A stretch of 64,000 nucleotides of DNA from an uncultured Candidatus Saccharibacteria bacterium (lineage in GTDB: Bacteria > Patescibacteriota > Minisyncoccia > Phycocordibacterales > UBA5272): positions 79,034 to 143,033 of the forward strand of contig CAZIHL010000001.1 of NCBI GenBank assembly GCA_964538815.1, given 5' to 3'. Positions within the stretch are counted from its first letter, which is position 1; the number at the start of each line of letters is the position of its first letter. Positions 20,595 through 30,211 of the stretch are shown piece after piece. The position numbers and the translations under genes were made by a program. The notes under the pieces were generated by a model, which was not told the DNA's origin, searched no databases, and saw only the letters and a list, made by a program, of their open reading frames with translations.

Positions 20595-22811
20595 TTATTT
20601 TTTATTTAATTTATGAGGATTATGATTTGTGCAATTTTTATTAGAGCATCTTTCTGGGATAGTTTTTGTTCCTTCCATCATCATTTCTCCACACATTTTA
20701 CAAAATGCTCCAGTTGGTTTAGCTTTGATTGCATGCTTACAATCTGGATAATTGCTACATGAATAAAATACTCCAAATCTCCCACGTCTCTCTTCCATAT
20801 ATCCTGTTTCGCATTTATTGCATTTTACTCCTGTGTTTTTCTTTTGTCTCTCTTCTTCACTAACTTCTATATATTTACATTTTGGATAATTTGAGCAGGC
20901 GATAAATTTACCAAATCTACCATCTCTTTCGATGAGCTTACCCTTGGAACATTTTGGACAAATTTTTCCTGTATCTTTTGGTCCTTCAAGCTCTGTTCCA
21001 TCTAATTTTCTCGCTCCATTACAATCAGGAAATTTTGAGCAAGAATAAAATTTTCCCCCTTTTGAAAGTTTGATAATCATCTTGTTTCTGCAAATAGGAC
21101 ATTTAATATTCTCTGGCGCTTCGCCAAAATTATTTTCTTTTTCTATTTTTTCCTTTTCTTTTACTTCTTTAAGAAATGGTTTATAGAAATCAGTTAAAAG
21201 TTTTAAATATGTAAGTTTTCCATTTGCTATATCATCAAGCTCATCTTCCATCTCTTTTGTAAAATCATCAGAAATATATTTTGCAAAATTTGCTTCTAGA
21301 AAATCAGAAACAACTTCTCCAGTATCTGTTGGATGAAGTGCTTTATTTATTTTTTCCACATAACCACGATCTTCAATGGTTGAGATAATAGATGCATAAG
21401 TTGAAGGGCGACCAATATCTCTTTTTTCGAGTTCTTTGATAAGGCTGGCCTCGGAGTATCTTCCAGGTGGATTAGTTTCTTTTTCGAAAGAGTTTATTGC
21501 TTTTAAATTTAAATCATCTCCTTCTTTTAGTTTTGGAAGATTTACATCTTCACCTTTACCGTCAGGATCGGCTTTTAACCAGCCATCAAAAAGAATAACA
21601 GATCCATTCACTAAAAAATTTGGATACTCTTTTTTCTCTTTTACATTTACTATTATCTTTGTACGAAGTAATTTTGCATCAGACATTTGTGAAGCAACAG
21701 TCCTTGTCCATATCAAATCATAAAGCCTTTTTTCATCAGAAGTAGATCCAGCTGACAAATTTATTGCATGAGTTGGCCGAATAGCTTCGTGAGCTTCTTG
21801 AGCATTTTTTGATTTAGCTTTATAAGCTCTTGTTTCCAAATACTCTTTTCCATATTTTTTTGTAATAAGAGAAGAGATTTCAGCGACAGCCGAAGTTGCA
21901 AGATTTGTAGAGTCTGTACGCATATATGTAATGAAACCTTTTTCATATAATTTTTGAGCTAGCATCATTGTCTTTTTTGGGGGGAACCCAAGACGACTAG
22001 AAGTAGTTTGCTGCAAGGTTGAGGTTGTAAAAGGTGCCTTAGGGCTAGATTTGGCTTGTGTTTCCTTTATTTCCTTCACATACCAATTTCCTGCACGGCC
22101 ATCTTTTACGATACTTTCAACTAAGTTTTGAGCTTCATCTCCCTTTAATTCTGGATTTAGTCCTGGTTCAAGTTCACAGTCAAAAATAAGTTTATATTTT
22201 TTAGATTCAGTAAGCTTGCCAATAGTTTCAAGCTCAGCAGCGATATTAAAATATTTTATTGGGATGAAATTTCTTATTTCTCTTTCGCGCTCCATTATTA
22301 TACGAAGTGCAGGGGATTGTACGCGTCCTGCTGAAAGGCCATAACGAACTTTTTTCCAAATTATCCCAGAAAGGTCATAACCTACAAGTCTATCAAGCAC
22401 ACGACGAGCTTCTTGGGCTTCTTTTAAATTCATATCAATATCACGTGGATGTTTAAGAGCTTCTATGATTGCTTCTTTTGTAATCTCATGAAATACTGCA
22501 CGTTTTGCATTTTTTAGTCCCACTGCTTCTTTTACATGCCAAGCGATAGCTTCACCTTCACGGTCAGGGTCAGTTGCCAGAATCACTTCTTTTGCATTTT
22601 TAGCAAGAGATTTTATTTCAGAAATAACTTTTTCTTTTCCTTTACTTATTTCATAATGAGGAATAAATCCTGCTTCTATATCAAGCGCTTTTTTATTTGA
22701 CTTAGGAAGATCGCGAATATGTCCAACAGAAGCACGCACAGTAAAATCTCCACCAAGATATTTCTCAATGGTTTTTGCTTTACTTGGAGATTCTACAATA
22801 AGTAATTTCAT
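20595..22811 (-). CDS. topA: DNA topoisomerase I
   Basis: IVESPSKAK, DPDREGE, SAGRVQS, ITYMRTDS, C-terminal Zn ribbons. Confidence 0.98.
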   Translation of the reverse strand: MKLLIVESPSKAKTIEKYLGGDFTVRASVGHIRDLPKSNKKALDIEAGFIPHYEISKGKEKVISEIKSLAKNAKEVILATDPDREGEAIAWHVKEAVGLKNAKRAVFHEITKEAIIEALKHPRDIDMNLKEAQEARRVLDRLVGYDLSGIIWKKVRYGLSAGRVQSPALRIIMEREREIRNFIPIKYFNIAAELETIGKLTESKKYKLIFDCELEPGLNPELKGDEAQNLVESIVKDGRAGNWYVKEIKETQAKSSPKAPFTTSTLQQTTSSRLGFPPKKTMMLAQKLYEKGFITYMRTDSTNLATSAVAEISSLITKKYGKEYLETRAYKAKSKNAQEAHEAIRPTHAINLSAGSTSDEKRLYDLIWTRTVASQMSDAKLLRTKIIVNVKEKKEYPNFLVNGSVILFDGWLKADPDGKGEDVNLPKLKEGDDLNLKAINSFEKETNPPGRYSEASLIKELEKRDIGRPSTYASIISTIEDRGYVEKINKALHPTDTGEVVSDFLEANFAKYISDDFTKEMEDELDDIANGKLTYLKLLTDFYKPFLKEVKEKEKIEKENNFGEAPENIKCPICRNKMIIKLSKGGKFYSCSKFPDCNGARKLDGTELEGPKDTGKICPKCSKGKLIERDGRFGKFIACSNYPKCKYIEVSEEERQKKNTGVKCNKCETGYMEERRGRFGVFYSCSNYPDCKHAIKAKPTGAFCKMCGEMMMEGTKTIPERCSNKNCTNHNPHKLNKK

Positions 22812-22938
22812 AATAATAGATTAAATAAAAATATTTTAGAATTATTTTTTTCTAAAATATTTTGATGAATGAATATATTTTCATTATAGCACAGGAGTAT
22901 AACAGTAAATTTTATTTTTGCAAAGCTCTGTTAAGTTT

Positions 22939-25308
22939 TTATTTAGCGTATTCAGTAGCTTCATCAAATTTAATTGAAAGAAGTTTTGAACTTCCCTCAA
23001 CTCCAATTGTCACTCCGTAAAGCACATCACATTGATTCATTGTCTCGCGATTGTGAGTGATGACGAGTAATTTTGAATTTTCAGAAAGTCTACGGACCAT
23101 TTTTCCATATTTGCGAGCATTTGCCTCATCAAGAGCTGCATCAGTCTCATCTAGCACCATAAATGGTGGGTGATTAATTGAACTCATTGCGAAAATGAGA
23201 GCAATAGAAGATAGTGCACGCTCTCCACCAGAAAGCATTTGTAAATCTTTGACTTTCTTTTGTGGTAAGTTTACCGATATTTCAATACCAGGTTCTTTTT
23301 CTTCCTCTTCTTCTCCATTATTTTCTTCTTTATTTTTAATTACCTTTTCAAGCGTAAGAGAGGCATGACCTCCTGTAAATATTTCACTAAAATATGTATT
23401 AAAGTTTGAATTAATTTTTTCAAGTCCAGCATTAAAGTCTAATAATAGTGTATTTTTTAAATCAGTGATTAAGTTTTCAAGGTTTCCTCTTGAGTTTTCA
23501 AGATCTGAAATTTCATGAGCTAGAAATTCATCTCTCTCAGACAGAGTTTTATATTCTTCAAGTACATCTCCTGCATTTGTGACTCCAGTTTCTTCTACTT
23601 TTATTTTGCTTCGGTCTATTTTTCGTAGTAAATCACTCTGAAGCATATTAAAGAAACTTTTTTCAAGTTCAGTCATTTCAGTTTCTATAAAAGATCTATA
23701 TTTAAATGTGTTTATTCCAAGAACAACAATCATATCTTTGGTGATATGTTCAAAATTTTCCTCTTGATTTCTAAGATTCTCTTCTTTCATTTTTATGGTT
23801 TCTTTTTGAGAATATAGTTTTTCAAGATTTAATTTAGCTTGTAAAATTTCATTATCAAGCTTGAAAGATTTTTCTTTCGCTTCTATTTTTAAATTATTTA
23901 ATTCTTCTTCTAATTTATTTTTATTAGAATTTAATTCTTTAATTTCTTTATCAAGATTTTGTAATAAAGAATTTTTTTCTTCTTTATTTTTATTTAAATT
24001 TTCAATTTCTATTTCATATTTTTTTTCTTCCTTATTATTAAAATTATTTTTTTCATTTGGATTTAGGTTTTTAATTTTAGTGAAAAAATCTAATTCTTCA
24101 ATATTTGCTTTTTTAAGAAAGTTTGGAAGCTCTCCAAATTTTTGTGCATTTGATAAGTTAAAAATTTCTTTCCAAAGATTGGTGCGAGAACTTTCAAAAT
24201 TATGAAATTCGTTTTTATTTATAAAATATTTTTCAACTTTTTCTCTTGCTTCTTCTTCCAGTTTTCTATTTTGATTTTCAATATTTTTTTTAATTAAAAA
24301 TCTAATCTCTGCATCAAGATTTAAAATTTCTTTATAAATATTTTCTCTTTCAATATTTGATGAATTTATTTTTTGAAAAAGGGAAGAAATTTCTTCTTCT
24401 AATTTATTTTTTAAAGTGTTTTCTTTTTCTTTATCATTATTTTCTTCTTCAGATTTCTTTGTTTCTAAAAGTATATGAAGACTCGATTCTAAAGTCGTAA
24501 TTCTATTTTCAATACCATCATTATGTATTTCTTTCTTTTTCTTTTCTATATCTAAATTTTCTTTATAAAGATAAACTTTAAGCATGTTAGAGAGAAAAAA
24601 AATTTCCTCTTCTCTTTTTTCAAGTTCTTTTACTTGTTTTTTTAAATAATTAAGATGGGGAATATTTTCTTTTCTTATTAGTTCAATTTCATTTAAATGG
24701 GTTTTAACTTTATCAAGTTTTTTTTCTCCTTCTTTGATACGTATATGATAAATACGAAGTCCGAGAGCATCTTCAATCATTTCTCTTCTATCATTACTAT
24801 TTGAAAGAAGTATTCTGTCAGCTTCACCTTGATTTACAATTGTGTGCCCCGCAACAGAGATATTTGCCATAGCAAGTAGCTCTTGCACATCTTTTAGGCG
24901 AACTTTTGTACCATTAATTAAATATTCACTTGCACCATCCATATAAATCTCACGAGTTAAAATAATTTCATCTAAATTTATAAAATTGGAAAGAGTGTTA
25001 GAAATTTCGTGGCTACCGTTTATAAATTTCTCATTTATTTTTTTGTTTCTATTATCTAAATGCATTGAAACACTGGCACGAGATAGAGGAGAGAGATGAC
25101 TTGATCCTTTGAATATGAGGTCGCTACCACTTTTTGAGCGAAGACCTTTCATACTTTGTTCACCAAGCACAAAACGAATTGCTTCAGCAACATTACTTTT
25201 ACCTGATCCATTTGGACCAACTACTCCTGTAACAGGAGTAGAAAGATCAAGGTTCACTTTTTTAGCAAAGCTTTTAAATCCTTGCATACTGATTGATTTT
25301 AGATACAT
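22939..25308 (-). CDS. smc: SMC-family ATPase (short, 789 aa)
   Basis: GFKSF, GPNGSGKSN, NQG, LSGGE, LDETDAALD; coiled coils. Confidence 0.9.
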   Translation of the reverse strand: MYLKSISMQGFKSFAKKVNLDLSTPVTGVVGPNGSGKSNVAEAIRFVLGEQSMKGLRSKSGSDLIFKGSSHLSPLSRASVSMHLDNRNKKINEKFINGSHEISNTLSNFINLDEIILTREIYMDGASEYLINGTKVRLKDVQELLAMANISVAGHTIVNQGEADRILLSNSNDRREMIEDALGLRIYHIRIKEGEKKLDKVKTHLNEIELIRKENIPHLNYLKKQVKELEKREEEIFFLSNMLKVYLYKENLDIEKKKKEIHNDGIENRITTLESSLHILLETKKSEEENNDKEKENTLKNKLEEEISSLFQKINSSNIERENIYKEILNLDAEIRFLIKKNIENQNRKLEEEAREKVEKYFINKNEFHNFESSRTNLWKEIFNLSNAQKFGELPNFLKKANIEELDFFTKIKNLNPNEKNNFNNKEEKKYEIEIENLNKNKEEKNSLLQNLDKEIKELNSNKNKLEEELNNLKIEAKEKSFKLDNEILQAKLNLEKLYSQKETIKMKEENLRNQEENFEHITKDMIVVLGINTFKYRSFIETEMTELEKSFFNMLQSDLLRKIDRSKIKVEETGVTNAGDVLEEYKTLSERDEFLAHEISDLENSRGNLENLITDLKNTLLLDFNAGLEKINSNFNTYFSEIFTGGHASLTLEKVIKNKEENNGEEEEEKEPGIEISVNLPQKKVKDLQMLSGGERALSSIALIFAMSSINHPPFMVLDETDAALDEANARKYGKMVRRLSENSKLLVITHNRETMNQCDVLYGVTIGVEGSSKLLSIKFDEATEYAK

Positions 25309-25364
25309 AAAAATACAATCTTTATTAATAAAATTATAACATGAAATTTTTTATATTTTAAAAA

Positions 25365-26183
25365 TTAAATTACAAAAAATATAATAAAAAAAATTATAGA
25401 TATTATTATTCTATACCAACCAAAGATTACAAAATTATTTTTTTGAATATAAGATAAAAGCCATTTAATGAAAATAAGAGCAAAAAGAAATGAAGCTACA
25501 AAACCAATACCAATATTTAAAATATCTGTACTTGAGAAATTTTCATAGCTTTTTAAAATATCGTAGCCAGTAGCGGCAAGCATAGTAGGTATTGCAAGAA
25601 GAAATGAAAATTTTACAATGGTTTCTCTTTTTAAATTCATTAAAAGCCCACCGATAATTGTAGCTCCACTTCTTGATACTCCTGGAATTATTGCAATACT
25701 CTGCCAAAGTCCAAGTAAAAAAGCTTTTTTGTATGAAATTTCTTTTATTTTAAGTCTAGTATTATTTTCTTCTTTTATTTTTTTATCAAATTCTGGAGAA
25801 AAAATTTTATTTCTACGATTATATTTATTTTCTAAAATTATCATTGTGATTCCACCGATTAAAAGAGAAATAATAACAATAAATACATTATCTAATAAAT
25901 ACTCTTTTATTAATTTATAAACAGTTAACCCTATTATTCCGGTCGGTAAAAAACCTATAATTAATTTCTTAATAGTTTCAAAATTAAATAATTCTTTAAA
26001 ATATAAGACAACAACAGCAAGTATTGCACCAAGTTGTATTATTATTGAAAAACTTTTTAAGGTTTCCGTGTCTGGAATCTTTAATAGGTGGGAAGTTAAA
26101 ATAAGGTGTCCAGTGGAAGAAATGGGTAAGAATTCTGTAATACCTTCGACAATACCTAGAATGATTGAATGTAATATAGACAT
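25365..26183 (-). CDS. uppP: undecaprenyl-diphosphatase
   Basis: EGITEFLPISSTGH and PGVSRSGAT motifs. Confidence 0.96.
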   Translation of the reverse strand: MSILHSIILGIVEGITEFLPISSTGHLILTSHLLKIPDTETLKSFSIIIQLGAILAVVVLYFKELFNFETIKKLIIGFLPTGIIGLTVYKLIKEYLLDNVFIVIISLLIGGITMIILENKYNRRNKIFSPEFDKKIKEENNTRLKIKEISYKKAFLLGLWQSIAIIPGVSRSGATIIGGLLMNLKRETIVKFSFLLAIPTMLAATGYDILKSYENFSSTDILNIGIGFVASFLFALIFIKWLLSYIQKNNFVIFGWYRIIISIIFFIIFFVI

Positions 26184-26246
26184 AGAAATTATTTAATAAA
26201 TATAAGACCTAATCACAAATTCGCTCGTGGCTTCGCAGATAACTCA

Positions 26247-26335
26247 GTTCGAGTCCCGCCCCGAGCAAAAAATATATTCAAAAAATCTTCCAGATTTTTC
26301 TCATTATTTTTTGGTGCTCGGGGCGGGACTCGAAC
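26247..26335. repeat. fold-back inverted copy of the tRNA-Leu 3' end
   Basis: GTTCGAGTCCCGCCCCGAGCA (26247-26267) is the exact reverse complement of 26315-26335. Confidence 0.9.
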
Positions 26336-26395
26336 CCGCAAGCCGTGAGGCAAAAGATTTTAAGTCTTTCGTGTATACCATTCCACCACCCGAGC
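26312..26395 (-). tRNA. tRNA-Leu(TAA)
   Basis: Reverse complement GCTCGGG...CTTAAAA...GTTCGAGTC..CCGAGCACCA. Confidence 0.96.
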
Positions 26396-26462
26396 ATTTT
26401 ATGTTGATTATTTTAACATAAAATTAATTCTTTTGAAAATATTAAAAATATTTTTTAAATTT

Positions 26463-26669
26463 TTAATTATCATTTTTATTTTCTTCTTCATCGTTAAGTT
26501 TTTTTTTAAATTTTTCAAAATAGGAATTTATTCCACTGACGTTGTTTTTCTGAAAAAAGGTGTTTAATTGTTCTTTATTTAAAGGTCGCATATTTTGTCT
26601 AGTAATATTTTCTCCTTTTTGTTCAATAGTTTCTTTTTTTATTTTTTTATTAAAAAAATTAAATTTCAT
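26463..26669 (-). CDS. small hypothetical protein
   Basis: 68-aa ORF filling the gap between tRNAs. Confidence 0.45.
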   Translation of the reverse strand: MKFNFFNKKIKKETIEQKGENITRQNMRPLNKEQLNTFFQKNNVSGINSYFEKFKKKLNDEEENKNDN

Positions 26670-26741
26670 AATATTATATTTATAATTATAATTTTAATAA
26701 TAACATATTTTGTGATATTATTATTGTAATAATGTTTTATT

Positions 26742-26816
26742 GGTGCGATGGCGAAGAGGCTTAACGCTGCGGTTTGCAAAACCGCCATTTCGCGGGTTCG
26801 AATCCCGCTCGCACCT
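26742..26816 (+). tRNA. tRNA-Cys(GCA)
   Basis: GGTGCGA...GCGGT-TTGCAAA-ACCGC...GTTCGAATC..TCGCACCT. Confidence 0.95.
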
Positions 26817-26831
26817 CATTAAATTAATTAT

Positions 26832-27251
26832 ATGAAAAAAAATATTTTTTTTAATAAAATAGAAAAAAAAATTACAAAAATACAATTAAAAAATAGAAAT
26901 TTTTTAGCAAAACATAAGTTTTTTTATTCTCTTTTAGGAGCAACAGGTGTAGTTCTTTATTGGAGAGGAGTTTGGCATATGGCTGATATTTTAGAAAACA
27001 GAGGAGGTTTTTTAGAAATATTTTTTTCTCCCATAGGTTCTCTCATTTTGGGAATTTTAATATTATCTTTTGGCGGGATTTTAGTCCAAGAATTAATAGG
27101 CACAGATACAATTATTTCAGGACTTAAAAAACAAAAAAGAGATATTGATAAAACTATAGATGAATTATCAAAAGAAGAAGAAATTAGAAAAAAAGAAAAA
27201 AATTTAATAGTAGAAATAGATAACCATTTACACAAAATTGAAAAAAAATAA
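26832..27251 (+). CDS. hypothetical membrane protein
   Basis: Two TM segments, GVVLYWRGVWH motif, C-terminal coiled coil. Confidence 0.75.
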   Translation: MKKNIFFNKIEKKITKIQLKNRNFLAKHKFFYSLLGATGVVLYWRGVWHMADILENRGGFLEIFFSPIGSLILGILILSFGGILVQELIGTDTIISGLKKQKRDIDKTIDELSKEEEIRKKEKNLIVEIDNHLHKIEKK

Positions 27252-27325
27252 ATAATATAGACAGATAAAATAATTATTTTTTGAAAAATATTTATTTTGT
27301 GTTATTATTGTTTAATAACAACGCT

Positions 27326-27398
27326 GGGCCCTTAGCTCATTTGGTAGAGCGCCGGTTTTGCACTCCGGAGGTGAGCGGTTCGAATCCGCTAGGGTCCA
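27326..27398 (+). tRNA. tRNA-Ala(TGC)
   Basis: GGGCCCTTAGCTCA...TTTGCAC...GTTCGAATC..AGGGTCCA; G3:U70 pair. Confidence 0.95.
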
Positions 27399-27527
27399 CT
27401 AATAGTATTTGACTAATTATATATAATATAGTATTATCTTTTTGGGAAATTAAATTTAGTATTTTTAAAAATAAGCATATTTAATAAACTTATTTTTATA
27501 ATAAAAACAATTCTTTAAAAACATAAC

Positions 27528-27554
27528 TCGGGGACGGGAGAAAATCCGAACACT
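27528..27554 (+). repeat. 27-bp leader motif, copy 1
   Basis: TCGGGGACGGGAGAAAATCCGAACACT, 6 nt before ATG 27561. Confidence 0.85.
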
Positions 27555-27560
27555 ACAATA

Positions 27561-28460
27561 ATGAAAAAAGAAAATAAAAATGATTCGTCAATTCTTATTG
27601 TTATAATAACTTTATTATCTTTTATTTTGGGTGTAGTTTCTTCTACTTTCATAAAAGAAATAATTGAAGAAATTCGCCTTGCGTTTCTGAGATTTATGGA
27701 AGTGAACCATACTTTTATAGTATGGTCTTTGATTGGGGTGACCACTTTTTATTTTTTTCTAGTGGTAGCATTCTTGCCTCCACCTAAAAAGAAATCTTCT
27801 CAAAAAGAAGAATCAAATCCTAACTCTGGCAGCAATAATAACTCCACTAAAGATGATCAACAGAAAAAGGAGGAAGATGAAGCTAAAAGAAAAGAAGAAG
27901 AAAGAATAAAAAAGGAAAAAGAAGAACAGGAAAGAAGACAGAAGGATGAAGAAGCTAAAAGAAAAGAAGAAGAAAGAATAAAAAAGGAAAAAGAAGAACA
28001 GGAAAGAAGACAGAAGGATGAAGAAGCTAAAAGAAAAGAAGAAGAAAAAGCCAAAAGTAAACAAGAGGAACAAAAAAGAAAAGACGAAGAATCTAAAAAA
28101 GAATCTGAAGCTAAAGATAGTACAAAAGAAAAATATCAAGGTAACTCCTTCTTTTCATTAAAAGTGGAGTCCATTATTTCCAGGATAGAAACCGCCCAAA
28201 AAGGATGGGAAATATTTAAAACCAAAAATATGGATAAACATCATCTTTATGCACAAATCTTTAGTGGATTTGTGGAAGAATTTTTGGTTCTTAATGAAAA
28301 AGAGAACAAAAGAATTTATCGCAAGCTAGCAAAGATGTTTCATCCAGAAGGTGATAATTCTGGGAAAATTGATGGAAAAGTATTAGAGTCAACTTTTCAA
28401 AAGTTGACTAATGTTTATAAAGAACATTATAACTTCTATTTTTCCAAAAAAAATATGTAG
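27561..28460 (+). CDS. membrane protein with charged repeats and J-domain-like C-terminus
   Basis: Two TM segments, E/K/R repeats, YRKLAKMFHPE...FQKLTNVY. Confidence 0.75.
   Translation: MKKENKNDSSILIVIITLLSFILGVVSSTFIKEIIEEIRLAFLRFMEVNHTFIVWSLIGVTTFYFFLVVAFLPPPKKKSSQKEESNPNSGSNNNSTKDDQQKKEEDEAKRKEEERIKKEKEEQERRQKDEEAKRKEEERIKKEKEEQERRQKDEEAKRKEEEKAKSKQEEQKRKDEESKKESEAKDSTKEKYQGNSFFSLKVESIISRIETAQKGWEIFKTKNMDKHHLYAQIFSGFVEEFLVLNEKENKRIYRKLAKMFHPEGDNSGKIDGKVLESTFQKLTNVYKEHYNFYFSKKNM
27879..28047 (+). repeat. 72-bp in-frame tandem repeat (about 2.3 copies)
   Basis: Identical units start at 27879, 27951 and 28023, encoding EAKRKEEERIKKEKEEQERRQKDE. Confidence 0.92.
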
Positions 28461-28467
28461 ATACATT

Positions 28468-28491
28468 ATGCTGCGCTTTACAGCGCAGCAT
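28468..28491 (+). terminator. GC-rich hairpin, possible terminator
   Basis: ATGCTGCGCT-TTAC-AGCGCAGCAT then a T-rich tract. Confidence 0.6.
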
Positions 28492-28517
28492 TTATCTTTC
28501 TTTTTTAAAATCTAAAA

Positions 28518-28544
28518 TCGGGGACGGGACAAAATCCGAACACT
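28518..28544 (+). repeat. 27-bp leader motif, copy 2
   Basis: TCGGGGACGGGACAAAATCCGAACACT (26/27 identical to copy 1), 7 nt before ATG 28552. Confidence 0.85.
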
Positions 28545-28551
28545 GCTTCAA

Positions 28552-30144
28552 ATGAGCTTTATATTTACAATCTTAATTTGGATAGGGCTTTATTTCTTAG
28601 AATCTAAAAAAGGTATCTGGATAAGTGATAGTCCTATCTTTCAAGTGATTATGTGTTGGATTTATTTTATGAATGCTTTTGTTATGGTTAAAAGAGGTCA
28701 GACAAGAGAACTTATATTTAGACCAACACAAAGACTTTTGATAGACTTAAGGCCTGGAATTTATTTCTTTCCATTCTTATGGTGGTGGGGAGAGGTAGAA
28801 GAAGATTATGAACCTCAAAAATCTTCTTTCATTCATATTGATACGAGACAAGTTTTTAGAAAAAGAGAACTTGTTGGTAGATGGGGCTGGTTTGAAGATG
28901 TGAGTAGAGAATTTTTGATCCCTTTTATATTAAGAAGAAGTTTATGGGCGATAGTAATTTGTTTTATACTTGCCTACTTTATAGGAACTTATTCTGTAAA
29001 ATTAAAACATAAATATTTTGTTGATTATTTTCCAAAAAGGGAAGTCTCAAAAGAAAATAATTCTACTAGTTATCCTTCTACTAATTATTCAGCAACAACT
29101 CAGAATTCTTACTCATCTTCATCAAGTTCAGAAGTTTCTAATTCTAATCAAAATGCATACAATGCCAATGATGTGCAAGAAGTTCAGCAATCACAAAAAG
29201 AAGTGTGGCCACCTCCTGAGTCTTATAATTCTGCTCGTACTTGGGATAATTTGCAGCTAGATGATAACTACACAGCAGTTGCAAGTCTAAACAAAGGAGT
29301 AAATTATGTTGAAGAGGAAGGATTTTTTGTCTCGTTTTCAAGATCTAAAAATTATTATCCACATGTGTATGTGGATGGATTTTCGGAAGATAATGATTTT
29401 TTTTGCAAGTTTTTTACAGTTCACATAAATAGACTTACATTTAATAATGGTGAGGCCTGGAATAATGTGGATATGAATTTGTGTGATTATATAGAAATTG
29501 TAAAAGATAAAAAAAAAGTTGGAGAGGGACAATATAGAAGTATAAAGATAATGTTGAAAAATGAATTTTCTGGTAAATATAAGTGGCATTTAGTGTCAGC
29601 AGGGTTTGGAAATGAAAATTCAGACTTTAGGTTATTTTTAGGAGATCAATCTACATCTTCCAATGCTGAAGCAAAAAGAAAAAGTGACATAGAGCAGAAC
29701 AAGGCGGATGAAATACAGAGGCAAAATAATATTGCGGAAAAAAGACAACAAGAAGCGAGAGAAGCAGAACAAAGATCTGATTACAATGAACAAACTAGAA
29801 TTATGAGAGCAAGTATAAGATTTATTCCTCATATAATTTTGAACGGCTATGATATCAATACTGTATCTCAATATCTTTTAAAAGGATATAAGATTTCTTA
29901 TGATAGAAATTCAGATGGTTCTTTTATCATTTTGAATGATTTTAATTCTGTAATTCAAGAGGAAGAATGTTTTTATTTTACTTTTGCTTGCAGGGGGTTC
30001 TTGTATCATTCTGACAATAGAAAAAGGTTTGACGGAGCGATGAATAAATCATTAGAAAATGACGCAAATATTTCCGCTAATCTTCCAGAGTATGTTTACG
30101 TCATAAACGGAAGAAAATTTAACTTCGATGGATCAAGATATTGA
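28552..30144 (+). CDS. hypothetical membrane-anchored protein
   Basis: 530-aa ORF with N-terminal TM helices and a Ser/Asn-rich linker; family not recognised. Confidence 0.75.
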   Translation: MSFIFTILIWIGLYFLESKKGIWISDSPIFQVIMCWIYFMNAFVMVKRGQTRELIFRPTQRLLIDLRPGIYFFPFLWWWGEVEEDYEPQKSSFIHIDTRQVFRKRELVGRWGWFEDVSREFLIPFILRRSLWAIVICFILAYFIGTYSVKLKHKYFVDYFPKREVSKENNSTSYPSTNYSATTQNSYSSSSSSEVSNSNQNAYNANDVQEVQQSQKEVWPPPESYNSARTWDNLQLDDNYTAVASLNKGVNYVEEEGFFVSFSRSKNYYPHVYVDGFSEDNDFFCKFFTVHINRLTFNNGEAWNNVDMNLCDYIEIVKDKKKVGEGQYRSIKIMLKNEFSGKYKWHLVSAGFGNENSDFRLFLGDQSTSSNAEAKRKSDIEQNKADEIQRQNNIAEKRQQEAREAEQRSDYNEQTRIMRASIRFIPHIILNGYDINTVSQYLLKGYKISYDRNSDGSFIILNDFNSVIQEEECFYFTFACRGFLYHSDNRKRFDGAMNKSLENDANISANLPEYVYVINGRKFNFDGSRY

Positions 30145-30148
30145 TTTT

Positions 30149-30181
30149 ACTCCACACAAAAAATTTTGTGTGGAGTTTTTT
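30149..30181 (+). terminator. intrinsic terminator
   Basis: ACTCCACACAAAA/TTTTGTGTGGAGT stem followed by T run. Confidence 0.8.
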
Positions 30182-30211
30182 ATTTTCTTCATGATAAAAT
30201 AATATAAACAT

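Noticed and set aside
26227-26421. 64-aa ORF
   Set aside because: Overlaps tRNA-Leu(TAA) and its inverted copy; spurious.
27813-28139. Phe/Ser-rich antisense ORFs and a possible CRISPR-like repeat
   Set aside because: Mirror of the A/G-rich coding tandem repeat; no spacers and no cas genes.
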